DNA of 37,314 nt from Alphaproteobacteria bacterium. Lineage in GTDB: Bacteria; Pseudomonadota; Alphaproteobacteria; Paracaedibacterales; CAITNM01. Within the stretch, counting starts at the first letter, position 1; each line of letters opens with the position of its first letter. The stretch covers positions 1 through 37,314 of the forward strand of contig CANMNU010000001.1 of the NCBI GenBank assembly GCA_947499175.1. The letters are read 5' to 3'. Positions 1 to 9,402 of the stretch are shown in pieces. Below the pieces are notes generated by a model, which was given only the letters and a program-made list of their open reading frames with translations, made no database searches and was not told the DNA's origin. The position numbers were made by a program, and so were the translations under genes.

Positions 1-222
1 CCATTTTTCACGAATTACCGTCCACAGTTTTATTTCAGAACTACAGACGTAACAGGAGTTGTAACATTAGCAGAAGGCGTTGAAATGGTAATGCCAGGGG
101 ACAATGTGAATGTTCAGGTTGAATTGATTGCGCCAATTGCAATGGATGAAGGTTTGCGATTCGCGATTCGCGAAGGTGGCCGTACCGTTGGTGCTGGTGT
201 CGTTGCTAAAATTAAAAAATAA
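1..222 (+). CDS. tuf: Elongation factor Tu, C-terminal fragment (5' end lies outside the window)
   Basis: Frame 1 from position 1 translates to [73 protein letters not shown]. This is the highly conserved EF-Tu domain III terminus. It sits directly upstream of rpsJ, as in the str/S10 arrangement. Confidence 0.95.
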   Translation, partial: PFFTNYRPQFYFRTTDVTGVVTLAEGVEMVMPGDNVNVQVELIAPIAMDEGLRFAIREGGRTVGAGVVAKIKK

Positions 223-251
223 AAATAGGGATGGATTAGAGGTCGAGTATT

Positions 252-560
252 ATGGAAGGTCAAAGCATAAGAATTCGTTTACAGGCGTACGACCATAGAT
301 TGTTGGATCAGTCTGTTAAGGAAATTGTAAATACGGCAAAACGTACAGGTGCAAATGTTCGCGGTCCTATACCTTTGCCAACACATATACAAAAATTTAC
401 GGTGAATCGTTCACCACACATCGACAAAAAGTCGAGAGAGCAATTTGAGATTCGCACACATAAGCGTGTTATTGATATCGTGGATTGGTTGCCTCAGACA
501 GTTGATGCATTAATGAAACTTGATTTAGCATCCGGTGTGGATGTTGAAATTAAGTTGTAA
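252..560 (+). CDS. rpsJ: 30S ribosomal protein S10
   Basis: 102 aa. Contains [16 protein letters not shown] and [18 protein letters not shown], both typical of S10. It is the first gene of the S10 operon after tuf. Confidence 0.97.
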   Translation: MEGQSIRIRLQAYDHRLLDQSVKEIVNTAKRTGANVRGPIPLPTHIQKFTVNRSPHIDKKSREQFEIRTHKRVIDIVDWLPQTVDALMKLDLASGVDVEIKL

Positions 561-574
561 AAAGGTAGGGTCCT

Positions 575-1213
575 ATGCGTAGTGGATTAATCGGACGTAA
601 GTTGGGTATGACCCAGTTATTTAATGAACAAGGTGCCCAAGTGGCTGTGACCGTTGTCCAGGTAAAACCTTGTGTGGTAGTTTCTCAAAAAACTGCTGAA
701 AAAGATGGTTATACATCAGTTCAGTTGGGTACGGAAACGGTTGCTGCAAGTAAACTTTCAAAACCTTTACGTTCATTTTTTGAAAAAAAGGAATTGGAAC
801 CAATGCGATTATTGCGTGAGTTTCGGGTGTGCCCAGAACACATGCTTGATACAGGTACAAAAATAGAGGTAAATCACTTTTCTAAGGGGCAGTTGGTTGA
901 TATAGCCGGTACTTCAGTTGGTAAAGGTTTTGCTGGTGGAATGAAACGTCATGGTTTTGCTGGAATGCCAGCTTCTCATGGTGTATCAGTAAGCCATCGC
1001 GAAATTGGATCTACTGGTAATCGTCAAGATCCAGGAAAAGTCTTTAAAAACAAGAAAATGCCTGGACATATGGGGGCAGCTCGTGTTACAACCTTAAATC
1101 TGGTTGTTGAAGAAATTGATACAGATCGCGGTTTATTGTTTATCCGTGGAAGTGTCCCTGGTTCAAAAAATGGCATTGTGTATGTACGCGATGCAATTAA
1201 AGTTGCAAGATAG
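575..1213 (+). CDS. rplC: 50S ribosomal protein L3
   Basis: 212 aa. The N-terminus GLIGRKLGMTQLF and the motif GKGFAGGMKRHGF are conserved in L3. Position in the operon agrees. Confidence 0.97.
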   Translation: MRSGLIGRKLGMTQLFNEQGAQVAVTVVQVKPCVVVSQKTAEKDGYTSVQLGTETVAASKLSKPLRSFFEKKELEPMRLLREFRVCPEHMLDTGTKIEVNHFSKGQLVDIAGTSVGKGFAGGMKRHGFAGMPASHGVSVSHREIGSTGNRQDPGKVFKNKKMPGHMGAARVTTLNLVVEEIDTDRGLLFIRGSVPGSKNGIVYVRDAIKVAR

Positions 1214-1222
1214 GTTATTGTC

Positions 1223-1837
1223 ATGAAATTGAAAGTTGTCGATCAGAATGCCAAAGCAATTGGCGATATTGAATTAGATGATTACGTCTATGGATTGGCT
1301 CCACGTGAAGATATTATTTCTCGTGTAGTTACATGGCAGTTAGCTAAGCGTCGTTCTGGAAATCACAAGGTTAAAGTTAGAAGTGAAGTAAGTGGTTCTA
1401 CTAGAAAAATTTACAAACAAAAAGGTACTGGTAGTGCTCGTCATGGTTCAAGACGTGGTGCTCAATTCCGCAAGGGTGGTATCATATTTGGTCCAGTTGT
1501 TCGTTCGCACGAATATGACTTGCCAAAAAAAGTTCGTAAATTAGGTTTGCGTATGGCTTTGTCAGCAAAAGCCCAGGCTGGTAACTTAATTATTATTGAT
1601 AATTTGAATGCAGAGTTTCCAAAAATTAATACAGCTTTGCCAGCAACATTTCACTCAAGTTCTGTTTTGTTTGTTGCTAATGATGCTGTTGATGTAAACT
1701 TTGCAAGATCAATTAGCAATATTGTTGGTTTAGATATTATGCCACAAATTGGTGCTAACGTTTACGATATTATGCGTAAAGAAAAAGTTGTTCTAACGTC
1801 AGATGCAGCTAAAGCATTAGAGGAGCGCTTAAAATGA
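1223..1837 (+). CDS. rplD: 50S ribosomal protein L4
   Basis: 204 aa. Contains the L4 core KQKGTGSARHGSRRGAQFRKGG. Overlaps rplW by 4 nt (ATGA). Confidence 0.95.
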   Translation: MKLKVVDQNAKAIGDIELDDYVYGLAPREDIISRVVTWQLAKRRSGNHKVKVRSEVSGSTRKIYKQKGTGSARHGSRRGAQFRKGGIIFGPVVRSHEYDLPKKVRKLGLRMALSAKAQAGNLIIIDNLNAEFPKINTALPATFHSSSVLFVANDAVDVNFARSISNIVGLDIMPQIGANVYDIMRKEKVVLTSDAAKALEERLK

Positions 1838-2142
1838 GTAGTGAAAAGCAAATGAAGTTAAGTTTGTACGATGTAATTAAGCGCCATTTGGTGACTGAAA
1901 AAAGTCAGGCTGGTTTAGTGTTAAACCAGTACACTTTTGAAGTGTTACCTTCAGCTACAAAAGCTGATATCAAGGTTGCTGTTCAAAATTTATTTGGTGT
2001 TACTGTAGAATCAGTAAATACAATGAATCGTTTGGGTAAAACAAAAGTGTTTCGTGGTCGCAAAGGTCAACGGCAAGATACAAAAAAAGCAATTGTGCGC
2101 TTGAAATCAGGTGATTCAATCGCAATTGGTCTGGGAGCGTAA
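1834..2142 (+). CDS. rplW: 50S ribosomal protein L23
   Basis: 102 aa. The segment HLVTEKS...YTFEV...[16 protein letters not shown] is L23-like. Operon position agrees. Confidence 0.95.
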   Translation: MSSEKQMKLSLYDVIKRHLVTEKSQAGLVLNQYTFEVLPSATKADIKVAVQNLFGVTVESVNTMNRLGKTKVFRGRKGQRQDTKKAIVRLKSGDSIAIGLGA

Positions 2143-2143
2143 A

Positions 2144-2968
2144 ATGGCATTAAAGAAATATAAGCCAACGACACAATCACAGCGCCAGCTCGTTAATATT
2201 GATCGTTCTGAGCTGTGGAAAGGTAGCCCTCTAAAGATTCTTACCGTTGGTAAGTCTTCAATAAGTGGGCACAATAACTATGGTCGCACAACAATATGGA
2301 ATCGTGGTGGTGGACATAAGCAAAGTTATCGCTTGATTGACTTTCGTCGCGATAAACATGATATGACTGCAATAGTTGAGCGTGTAGAGTATGATCCAAA
2401 TCGTACAGGCTTTATCGCTTTGATTAAATATGAAGATGGTGAGCAGCGTTATATTTTGGCTCCGCAGCGTTTAAAAGTTGGCGATCAAGTTGTGTCTGGT
2501 GATAAAGTAGACGTGAAGCCAGGTAATGCAATGCGTTTGAGAAACATTCCAATTGGTTCTCTTGTTCATAACGTTGAGTTGAAAGCTGGCAAAGGTGGTC
2601 AAATGGCCAGGTCTGCTGGTAATTATGCTCAAATTATGGGGCGTGATGGTCATAATGTAATTATGAAATTATCATCAAGTGAAGTTCGTTTGGTGAATGG
2701 TGAGTGTTTTGCATCAATTGGTGCTATGTCAAACCAAGATCACTCAAACCGTTCGTATGGTAAAGCAGGTCGCATGCGTTGGTTGGGTATTCGTCCAACT
2801 GTTCGTGGTGTGGCTATGAACCCAATTGATCACCCGCATGGTGGTGGTGAGGGTCGTACTTCTGGAGGTCGCCATCCGGTTACTCCGTGGGGTATTAAAA
2901 CTAAGGGTAAGAAAACTCGTAACAATAAGCGTACAACGAAAATGATTGTACGTCGTCGTAAAGCGTAG
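2144..2968 (+). CDS. rplB: 50S ribosomal protein L2
   Basis: The ORF track starts at 2111, inside rplW. The in-frame ATG at 2144 gives the canonical L2 N-terminus [10 protein letters not shown]. The motifs GGGHKQ.YR and HPHGGGEGR are present. Confidence 0.96.
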   Translation: MALKKYKPTTQSQRQLVNIDRSELWKGSPLKILTVGKSSISGHNNYGRTTIWNRGGGHKQSYRLIDFRRDKHDMTAIVERVEYDPNRTGFIALIKYEDGEQRYILAPQRLKVGDQVVSGDKVDVKPGNAMRLRNIPIGSLVHNVELKAGKGGQMARSAGNYAQIMGRDGHNVIMKLSSSEVRLVNGECFASIGAMSNQDHSNRSYGKAGRMRWLGIRPTVRGVAMNPIDHPHGGGEGRTSGGRHPVTPWGIKTKGKKTRNNKRTTKMIVRRRKA

Positions 2969-2979
2969 CGGAGGAAATT

Positions 2980-3255
2980 GTGCCAAGGTCAGTGTGGAAA
3001 GGCCCTTTTTTTGATGGGTACCTGTTAAAAAAAGTAGAAGCAGTAAGAGCTTCCGGTCGTAAAGATGTTATTAAAACTTGGGCTCGTCGCTCAACCATTA
3101 TCCCGCAATTTGTTGGGGCTACTTTTGGTGTTTATAACGGACAAAAATTTATTCCAGTATTAGTGTCTGAGAATATGGTGGGTCATAAGCTTGGTGAGTT
3201 TTCACCAACAAGAACCTATCATGGTCATGGTGCTGATAAAAAGTCTAAGAGGTAA
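2980..3255 (+). CDS. rpsS: 30S ribosomal protein S19
   Basis: 91 aa with a GTG start. [17 protein letters not shown] and [11 protein letters not shown] are conserved in S19. Confidence 0.96.
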   Translation: MPRSVWKGPFFDGYLLKKVEAVRASGRKDVIKTWARRSTIIPQFVGATFGVYNGQKFIPVLVSENMVGHKLGEFSPTRTYHGHGADKKSKR

Positions 3256-3258
3256 AGT

Positions 3259-3624
3259 ATGTTGGTAGGTTTTAAATCTGCACATGTAGAGTTGCGCAAC
3301 ATTCGTGTTAGTCCACGTAAGTTGAATTTAGTAGCTCAAACAATACGTGGTATTAAAGTTGATAAGGCGATGAATGCTTTGAAATTTTCACAAAAACGTA
3401 TTGCACATGATGTGTTGAAAGCTTTGCGTTCTGCAGTGGCGAATGCTGAGAATAATCATAATCTAGATGTTGACAGTTTGTATGTCGAGGAAGCTTTTGT
3501 AGGAAAAGGTACTTGTCTAAAACGCTTTCAAGCTCGTGGTCGTTCACGCAATGCAATTATTAATAAGTTCTTTAGTCATCTTCGTATTGTTGTGACTGAA
3601 AAAACTCCAGAAGAAAGAGTTTAG
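3259..3624 (+). CDS. rplV: 50S ribosomal protein L22
   Basis: 121 aa. The segment [16 protein letters not shown]...A...L.F is the L22 signature. Operon position agrees. Confidence 0.95.
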   Translation: MLVGFKSAHVELRNIRVSPRKLNLVAQTIRGIKVDKAMNALKFSQKRIAHDVLKALRSAVANAENNHNLDVDSLYVEEAFVGKGTCLKRFQARGRSRNAIINKFFSHLRIVVTEKTPEERV

Positions 3625-3625
3625 T

Positions 3626-4291
3626 ATGGGTCAAAAAGTTAACCCAATTGGGTTTCGCATTGGAATCAATAAAACTTGGGATTCTCGTTGGTTTTCTGGT
3701 AAAGATTATGCGAGTTTTTTGCACCAAGATTTTGCAATTCGCGAATACGTAGAAAAGAACTTTCTGCAAGCTGGTATTTCTCGCGTTATTATTGAGCGTC
3801 CATCAAAGAAAGCGCGTGTAACTATACATGCTGCACGTCCTGGTGTCCTTATTGGTAAAAAAGGCGCTGATATTGAAAAATTAAAAAAGCATATTGGTAC
3901 ATTGGCAAATGCAGAAGCTGCAATTAATATTGTTGAAGTTCGAAAGCCAGAGTTAGATGCTAAGTTAGTTGCTGAAGGAATTGCACAGCAAATTGAACGC
4001 CGTGTTTCTTTTCGTCGGGCTATGAAACGTGGAATGCAAACAGCGCTTCGTATGGGTGCTTTAGGTATTCGAGTTAATGCTTCTGGCCGTTTGTCAGGTG
4101 CTGAAATTGCACGTATGGAATGGTATCGTGAAGGTCGTGTGCCTTTGCATACACTTCGTTCTGATATTGATTATGGTGTAGCAACAGCTCAAACAACTTA
4201 TGGTGCTATTGGTATTAAAATTTGGATCTATAAGGGTGAAATTAAAGAACACGACCCAATGATTCATGATAAACGTGCTTCTATAGTATAA
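3626..4291 (+). CDS. rpsC: 30S ribosomal protein S3
   Basis: 221 aa. Starts [14 protein letters not shown], with a KH-domain [11 protein letters not shown] and [10 protein letters not shown]. Confidence 0.97.
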   Translation: MGQKVNPIGFRIGINKTWDSRWFSGKDYASFLHQDFAIREYVEKNFLQAGISRVIIERPSKKARVTIHAARPGVLIGKKGADIEKLKKHIGTLANAEAAINIVEVRKPELDAKLVAEGIAQQIERRVSFRRAMKRGMQTALRMGALGIRVNASGRLSGAEIARMEWYREGRVPLHTLRSDIDYGVATAQTTYGAIGIKIWIYKGEIKEHDPMIHDKRASIV

Positions 4292-4302
4292 GGAATTTAA
4301 CA

Positions 4303-4713
4303 ATGTTGTCTCCAAAGAAAACAAAGTTCAGAAAAGCATTTAAGGGAAAAATCCATGGTGTAGCCAAAGCTGGTTTTACAGTAAGTTACGGTTCCTTTGG
4401 TTTAAAAGCTTTAGAGCCTGCACGTGTTACAGCTAGACAAATTGAGTCCGCTCGTCGTGCAATAACTCGATATATTCGCCGTGTTGGTAAAGTTTGGATT
4501 CGTATTTTTCCAGATGTTCCTGTATCTAGAAAGCCAGCCGAAGTTCGTATGGGTAGTGGTAAGGGTTCTACAGAATTTTGGGCTTGCCGGGTAAAGCCTG
4601 GTAAGATTATGTTCGAATTAGACGGTGTTTCAGAAGACGTTGCTGAAAATGCTTTTAAATTGGCAGCAGCAAAACTTCCTATTGAAACAAAGTTTGTAAA
4701 AAGATTAGTTTAA
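4303..4713 (+). CDS. rplP: 50S ribosomal protein L16
   Basis: 136 aa. [14 protein letters not shown] and [10 protein letters not shown] are conserved in L16. Confidence 0.97.
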   Translation: MLSPKKTKFRKAFKGKIHGVAKAGFTVSYGSFGLKALEPARVTARQIESARRAITRYIRRVGKVWIRIFPDVPVSRKPAEVRMGSGKGSTEFWACRVKPGKIMFELDGVSEDVAENAFKLAAAKLPIETKFVKRLV

Positions 4714-4733
4714 TACTATATTAAAAAACGGTG

Positions 4734-4931
4734 ATGGCTGTGAAGTTTAAAGAATTAGATAATAAAGGCAGAAGTGCCATGATTGAAAATTTAATTTCAA
4801 TCAAAAAAGAGCTTTTTAATCTGCGCATGCAGAAAGCAGAAGGAAAATTAGAGAGGCCATCCCGTTTGCGTGAGTGTCGTCGGGATTACGCTCGTATAAA
4901 AACAAAATTGACTCAATTAAAGTCAGCATAA
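4734..4931 (+). CDS. rpmC: 50S ribosomal protein L29
   Basis: [16 protein letters not shown] is the L29 core. The ORF track begins at GTG 4731. I prefer the adjacent ATG at 4734, but either start is possible. Confidence 0.9.
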   Translation: MAVKFKELDNKGRSAMIENLISIKKELFNLRMQKAEGKLERPSRLRECRRDYARIKTKLTQLKSA

Positions 4932-4944
4932 GAAAGAGTTTAGT

Positions 4945-5184
4945 ATGCCACGTCGTGTATTGCAGGGTGTTGTAGTAAGTAACAAAGCTGCAAAAACAGT
5001 TATTGTAAAAGTTGAACGAGATGTTATGCATCCTGTTTATCGTAAGTACGTGAAAAGTCATAAAAAGTATGCAGCGCATGATGAAGCGAATGTATTCAAT
5101 ATTGGTGATATCGTACGAATTGTTGAATCAAGCCCAATTTCAAAAACGAAAACCTGGGTTGCACAAGAAAAAATATCGAAATAA
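4945..5184 (+). CDS. rpsQ: 30S ribosomal protein S17
   Basis: 79 aa. [18 protein letters not shown]...HP.Y.KY...KKY.AHDE is S17-like. Confidence 0.95.
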   Translation: MPRRVLQGVVVSNKAAKTVIVKVERDVMHPVYRKYVKSHKKYAAHDEANVFNIGDIVRIVESSPISKTKTWVAQEKISK

Positions 5185-5193
5185 GGTAACGTT

Positions 5194-5562
5194 ATGATTC
5201 AATCAGAGAGTAGATTAGAAGTTGCAGATAACTCTGGTGCAAAGGAAGTTCTTTGTATTAAAGTTTTGGGCGGTTCTAAGCGTAGATATGCTTCAGTAGG
5301 CGATATAATCGTTGTTACTGTAAAAGACGCAATGCCAAAAGGCAAAGTTAAAAAAGGCGACATTTATAGAGCTGTTATTGTTAGAACAAAGCAATCTGTT
5401 AAGCGTGTTGATGGTTCTTTGATTGCGTTTGATAAAAATGCAGCAGTGTTGATCAATAAGCAGGGTGAGCCTATTGGTAGCCGTATATTTGGCCCAGTTA
5501 CTCGTGAATTACGATCTGCTGGTTATATGAAAATTATTTCTCTTGCTCCAGAGGTGCTGTAA
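5194..5562 (+). CDS. rplN: 50S ribosomal protein L14
   Basis: 122 aa. Starts [17 protein letters not shown] and contains FGPV.REL, both typical of L14. Confidence 0.97.
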   Translation: MIQSESRLEVADNSGAKEVLCIKVLGGSKRRYASVGDIIVVTVKDAMPKGKVKKGDIYRAVIVRTKQSVKRVDGSLIAFDKNAAVLINKQGEPIGSRIFGPVTRELRSAGYMKIISLAPEVL

Positions 5563-5894
5563 TGACTCAGGTTCGTTTAAAAGTTAAAAAAGGCGATCTA
5601 GTAGAAGTAATGACTGGTCGTGATGTTGGTCGTCGTGGCGTTGTGCAAAAAGTTCTTCTTCAAGATAAAAAGCTTATTGTTGATGGTGTTAATAAATATC
5701 GTCGCAACGTAAAAATGTCAGAGCAAAACCCGCAAGGTGGAACTGTTGATAAAATTTTGCCAATTCATGTATCAAATGTAGGGGTTGTAAATCCACAAAC
5801 TGATAAAGTTGAAAAAATTGGTGTTCGTTTAAATGCCGAGGGAAAGCGTGAGCGCTTTTTCAAAAAAACTGGCAATGCGATTTTGAAGGTATAG
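5562..5894 (+). CDS. rplX: 50S ribosomal protein L24
   Basis: 110 aa. Contains the KOW motif [18 protein letters not shown]. Overlaps rplN by 1 nt (TAATG). Confidence 0.95.
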   Translation: MTQVRLKVKKGDLVEVMTGRDVGRRGVVQKVLLQDKKLIVDGVNKYRRNVKMSEQNPQGGTVDKILPIHVSNVGVVNPQTDKVEKIGVRLNAEGKRERFFKKTGNAILKV

Positions 5895-5896
5895 TC

Positions 5897-6436
5897 ATGA
5901 GTGCAGCTAAAAAATTATATGAGACCCAAATCAAGCAAGCCATACAAAAAGAGCTTGGTTATACAAATGTTATGCAAATTCCAAAGCTTGATAAAATAGT
6001 TATCAATATGTGTGTTCCGGAAGCGACGCAAGATAGCAAAAAGGTTCAAGCTGCTTATGATGACCTTATGGCCATTTCTGGTCAAAAGCCTGTAATTACT
6101 AAAGCTAAGAAATCTATTGCTAGCTTTAAAGTGCGAGAAGGTATGAACTTGGGTGTTAAAGTAACATTGCGTAAAGAGCGTATGTATGAATTTATCGACC
6201 GTTTAGTTAATATAGCTTTGCCTAGGGTTCGTGACTTTAGAGGGCTATCGAATAAAAGTTTTGATGGAAATGGTAACTATTCTTTAGGTCTTAAAGAGCA
6301 GTTAATATTCCCTGAAATTAACTATGATAAAGTTGATAAGGTTCGTGGTATGGATATCACAATTTGTTCAACTGCTAAGAATGATGTGGACGCTTTGGCT
6401 TTGCTTAAGGCGCTCAATTTTCCAATTCAAGGGTAA
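5897..6436 (+). CDS. rplE: 50S ribosomal protein L5
   Basis: 179 aa. Contains [30 protein letters not shown] and [10 protein letters not shown]. Confidence 0.97.
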   Translation: MSAAKKLYETQIKQAIQKELGYTNVMQIPKLDKIVINMCVPEATQDSKKVQAAYDDLMAISGQKPVITKAKKSIASFKVREGMNLGVKVTLRKERMYEFIDRLVNIALPRVRDFRGLSNKSFDGNGNYSLGLKEQLIFPEINYDKVDKVRGMDITICSTAKNDVDALALLKALNFPIQG

Positions 6437-6441
6437 GAATA

Positions 6442-6747
6442 ATGGCAAAGATCAGTTCAATTCAAAAAAACAAACGTCGCATTGGTATGGCTAAAAACCA
6501 AAAACCCGCTCGTGACGCTTTAAAACTAGTAATTAACGATAAAGATTTACCTTTGGAAGATCGTATTCGTGCAACTATAAAGCTTGCTATGAAGCCAAGG
6601 AATGCTTCTTTAACCCGTGTAAGAAACCGTTGTGAAATTACTGGTCGCTCACGTGGGTTCTACCGTAAATTCAAAATTTCACGCATTGCTTTGCGTGAGC
6701 TGGGTAACCAAGGAATGATTCCTGGTTTAACTAAATCAAGTTGGTAA
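6442..6747 (+). CDS. rpsN: 30S ribosomal protein S14 (long, non-zinc type)
   Basis: 101 aa. RNRCEITGRSRGFYRKFKISRIALRELGNQGMIPGLTKSSW is the conserved S14 C-terminus. Confidence 0.95.
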   Translation: MAKISSIQKNKRRIGMAKNQKPARDALKLVINDKDLPLEDRIRATIKLAMKPRNASLTRVRNRCEITGRSRGFYRKFKISRIALRELGNQGMIPGLTKSSW

Positions 6748-6753
6748 AAAATT

Positions 6754-7152
6754 ATGACAATGACTGATCCTATTGCAGATTTATTGACCCGTATTCGTAA
6801 CGGGCAAAGAGCTAAAAAGCAATCTGTTCCCTGTCCTCATTCAAATGAAAAAGAGGGCCTCGTAAGGGTTCTTGAAGAGGAAGGCTATATTCGCACCTAT
6901 CGTGTTGAAAATGCGACTACTGGGCACAAGCAATTGCAAATCGAATTAAAATACCATGATAACGTACCTGTTATACGTACAATTGACCGTATATCAAAGC
7001 CAGGTCGTCGTGTGTATTCACAAATTACCAAGCTTGCAAAAGTTGCGAATGGTCTTGGTATTTCAATTTTGTCAACAAACAAAGGTATCATATCTGATGC
7101 AAAAGCCCGTGAACTTTCGGTTGGCGGTGAAATTTTGTGTCGAGTATTTTAA
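6754..7152 (+). CDS. rpsH: 30S ribosomal protein S8
   Basis: 132 aa. TDPIADLLTRIRNGQRAK is the S8 N-terminal signature. Confidence 0.96.
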   Translation: MTMTDPIADLLTRIRNGQRAKKQSVPCPHSNEKEGLVRVLEEEGYIRTYRVENATTGHKQLQIELKYHDNVPVIRTIDRISKPGRRVYSQITKLAKVANGLGISILSTNKGIISDAKARELSVGGEILCRVF

Positions 7153-7164
7153 AGGGATTAGAGC

Positions 7165-7698
7165 ATGTCACGCGTTGGTAAACATGAAGTTATTGTTCCA
7201 GCAGGGATTACATTGTCTCAAGCTGGTAACATTGTAACAATAAAAGGAAAGACTGCATCCAAAGATTATGTGGTTCCAGATTGTATTAACTATGAAAAAA
7301 CTGAAAAAGGTTTTTTGATATCTCCAAAAGAAAAGAGCCAACGTGGCCGTTCTTTGTGGGGTACAACACAACGCAACCTGGCTAATATCGTAAAAGGTTT
7401 TGATAAAGGTTTTACACTAAATATCAACCTTGTTGGCGTTGGTTATCGTGCAGCTGTTGCTGGAAGTAAATTAACTTTGCAGCTTGGTTATAGTCATGAT
7501 ATTGTCTATGATATTCCACAGGGAATTGAGATTAAGTGCGAAAAACCAACCGCAATTGCTATAACTGGCTATGATAAGCAGCTAGTTGGTTCAGTTGGAG
7601 CGCATCTACGTCAGTTTAGAAAACCTGAGCCATATAAAGGCAAAGGTGTAATAAGGGAAACCGAGTTTATCATTCGTAAAGAAGGAAAGAAGAAGTAG
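7165..7698 (+). CDS. rplF: 50S ribosomal protein L6
   Basis: 177 aa. Contains MSRVGK and GVGYRA...G..L.L.LGYSH, and the C-terminus PEPYKGKG. Confidence 0.96.
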   Translation: MSRVGKHEVIVPAGITLSQAGNIVTIKGKTASKDYVVPDCINYEKTEKGFLISPKEKSQRGRSLWGTTQRNLANIVKGFDKGFTLNINLVGVGYRAAVAGSKLTLQLGYSHDIVYDIPQGIEIKCEKPTAIAITGYDKQLVGSVGAHLRQFRKPEPYKGKGVIRETEFIIRKEGKKK

Positions 7699-7700
7699 CC

Positions 7701-8060
7701 ATGTTAAGTTCAGCTCAGCTACAGCAGCGACGCAAGCAACGTATTAGAACAAAATTGAGCAAAATTTCTGTGGGTACTCCACGGTTGTGTGTTCATCGTA
7801 CTAATCAGCATACTTATGCTCAAATTGTTGATCAAGAAGGTGCAAGAAGTTTAGTGTTAGTTGGTACGCCAGGTAAACCTGGCAGCTCATTAAAAAGTGG
7901 TTCAAACCTAGAAGCAGCTAAATTTATTGGCAAAAAAGTTGCCGAATTAGCTTTAGCAAAAGGTATTGAAAAAGTAGTTTTTGATCGTTCTGGTTATTTG
8001 TACCATGGGCGTATTAAAGCATTAGCTGATGCAGCTCGTGAAGCTGGTTTGAAGTTTTAA
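7701..8060 (+). CDS. rplR: 50S ribosomal protein L18
   Basis: 119 aa. Contains [18 protein letters not shown] and [24 protein letters not shown]. Confidence 0.95.
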   Translation: MLSSAQLQQRRKQRIRTKLSKISVGTPRLCVHRTNQHTYAQIVDQEGARSLVLVGTPGKPGSSLKSGSNLEAAKFIGKKVAELALAKGIEKVVFDRSGYLYHGRIKALADAAREAGLKF

Positions 8061-8069
8061 GGATAGATT

Positions 8070-8714
8070 ATGGCTAAGCAAACAAAAGGAAATAATGATC
8101 CTCGTTCAAAAGCGGGTGACTCTCGTTCAAAAGCTGGAGATCCTCGGTCAAAAAGTAGTGATTCTCGTTCAAAGGGCGGTAATGAGTCTCGTGAGCGTGA
8201 TGAACAAATTGTTGAAAAATTAGTAAACGTTCGTCGTGTAACTAAAGTTGTTAAAGGTGGTAAAACCATGCGTTTTTCTGCCTTAGTAGTTGTTGGTGAT
8301 GGTAAAGGTCGTGTTGGTTATGCGACTGGTAAAGCCCGTGAAGTTCCTGATGCAGTAAAAAAAGCTGTTGATAAAGCTAAGCGTTCTATGATCAGAGTTC
8401 CACTTCGTGAAGGTCGTACTCTTCATCACGATGTTAAAGCAAGGTGTGGCGCAGGTATCGTTGTGCTACGTGCTGCGCCAGCAGGTACAGGTGTTATTGC
8501 CGGTGGCCCAATGCGTGCTGTATTTGAAGCTTTGGGAATTCACGACATTGTAAGCAAGTCCAATGGGACTAATAACTACCACAATATGGTTCGTGCTACT
8601 TTTCAAGCTTTAGAAAATGTTTCATCACCAAAAGTGATTGCAACGAAGCTTGGTAAAAAAATCTCTGATGTTCTTGTCCGCCGTGATGGCCAAACATCAG
8701 CAACAGCTAATTAG
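8070..8714 (+). CDS. rpsE: 30S ribosomal protein S5 with a repeat-expanded basic N-terminal extension
   Basis: 214 aa. The S5 core is present: [38 protein letters not shown] and [16 protein letters not shown]. It is preceded by about 45 aa containing (D[PS]RSK..) heptad repeats. Confidence 0.95.
   Translation: MAKQTKGNNDPRSKAGDSRSKAGDPRSKSSDSRSKGGNESRERDEQIVEKLVNVRRVTKVVKGGKTMRFSALVVVGDGKGRVGYATGKAREVPDAVKKAVDKAKRSMIRVPLREGRTLHHDVKARCGAGIVVLRAAPAGTGVIAGGPMRAVFEALGIHDIVSKSNGTNNYHNMVRATFQALENVSSPKVIATKLGKKISDVLVRRDGQTSATAN
8097..8180 (+). repeat. In-frame 21-bp tandem repeat, four copies plus a degenerate fifth that extends to 8201, inside the rpsE 5' region
   Basis: The four units, read directly from the sequence, are gatcctcgttcaaaagcgggt / gactctcgttcaaaagctgga / gatcctcggtcaaaaagtagt / gattctcgttcaaagggcggt. 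They encode [28 protein letters not shown]. Confidence 0.85.
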
Positions 8715-8725
8715 TAGGTGCCGTA

Positions 8726-8923
8726 ATGAAAAAAAAGATATCATCAACTACAGTTAAAGTGCAACAAGTTGGAAGCCCTATTCGTAGGGAAGCTAAACAA
8801 AAATTGCATCTTAAAGCTTTAGGTTTGGGAAAAATGAATGCAACCAGAGAGTTAGTTGATACTCCTGAAGTGCAAGGATTAATTCGTAAGGTGCGCCACA
8901 TGGTGCACGTTGTAAGTGAATAG
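8726..8923 (+). CDS. rpmD: 50S ribosomal protein L30
   Basis: 65 aa. The segment VKVQQVGSPIRR....K..L.ALGLGK...T is L30-like. It lies between rpsE and rplO. Confidence 0.9.
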   Translation: MKKKISSTTVKVQQVGSPIRREAKQKLHLKALGLGKMNATRELVDTPEVQGLIRKVRHMVHVVSE

Positions 8924-8930
8924 GTGCATT

Positions 8931-9392
8931 ATGACTTTTACACTTAATAATATTCGTGATAATAAAGGGGCTCGCACCAAGGCAAAATTGCTTGGTCGTG
9001 GTATAGCTTCTGGTTTAGGTAAAACATCTGGTAAAGGTGGAAAAGGCCAAACAGCTCGTTCGGGTGTATCTTTGAACGGTTTTGAAGGTGGTCAAAACCC
9101 AATTTATCGTCGTTTGCCAAAGCGCGGTTTTAACAATATTCATGCGACAAAAAAATATGAATTAGATTTTCATAAAGTGAACTTAATGCTTGAAAACGGC
9201 TTGATTAAAGCTGGTGAAAAAGTTGATAGAGACCTTTTGGTTAAAATCGGTTATATGCCAAAATATTTGCATGAGATATCATTGCTAGCTAACGGCAAGC
9301 CAAGTGCTAAGTTTATCTATGTGGTAACTAAAGCAACTAAGGGAGCTCAGGCAATAGTAGCCGAGAGTGGTGGCGAACTAATAACAGAATAA
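8931..9392 (+). CDS. rplO: 50S ribosomal protein L15
   Basis: The ORF track starts at GTG 8916, overlapping rpmD. The ATG at 8931 gives MTFTLNNIRDNKGARTKAKLLGRGIASGLGKTSGKGGKGQ, which matches the usual L15 N-terminus. Confidence 0.93.
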   Translation: MTFTLNNIRDNKGARTKAKLLGRGIASGLGKTSGKGGKGQTARSGVSLNGFEGGQNPIYRRLPKRGFNNIHATKKYELDFHKVNLMLENGLIKAGEKVDRDLLVKIGYMPKYLHEISLLANGKPSAKFIYVVTKATKGAQAIVAESGGELITE

Positions 9393-9402
9393 AGGAAATA
9401 TA

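Noticed and set aside
2111-2143. Extended ORF-track starts for rplB (2111), rplO (8916) and rpmC (4731)
   Set aside because: The downstream in-frame ATGs reproduce the canonical N-termini ([21 protein letters not shown]). They also avoid overlap with the preceding gene. The rpmC choice (4731 versus 4734) remains ambiguous.
8057-8269. A 70-aa minus-strand ORF with its own repeats ([11 protein letters not shown]..)
   Set aside because: It is the reverse-complement reading of the rpsE 21-bp tandem repeat, so it is an artefact of the repeat.
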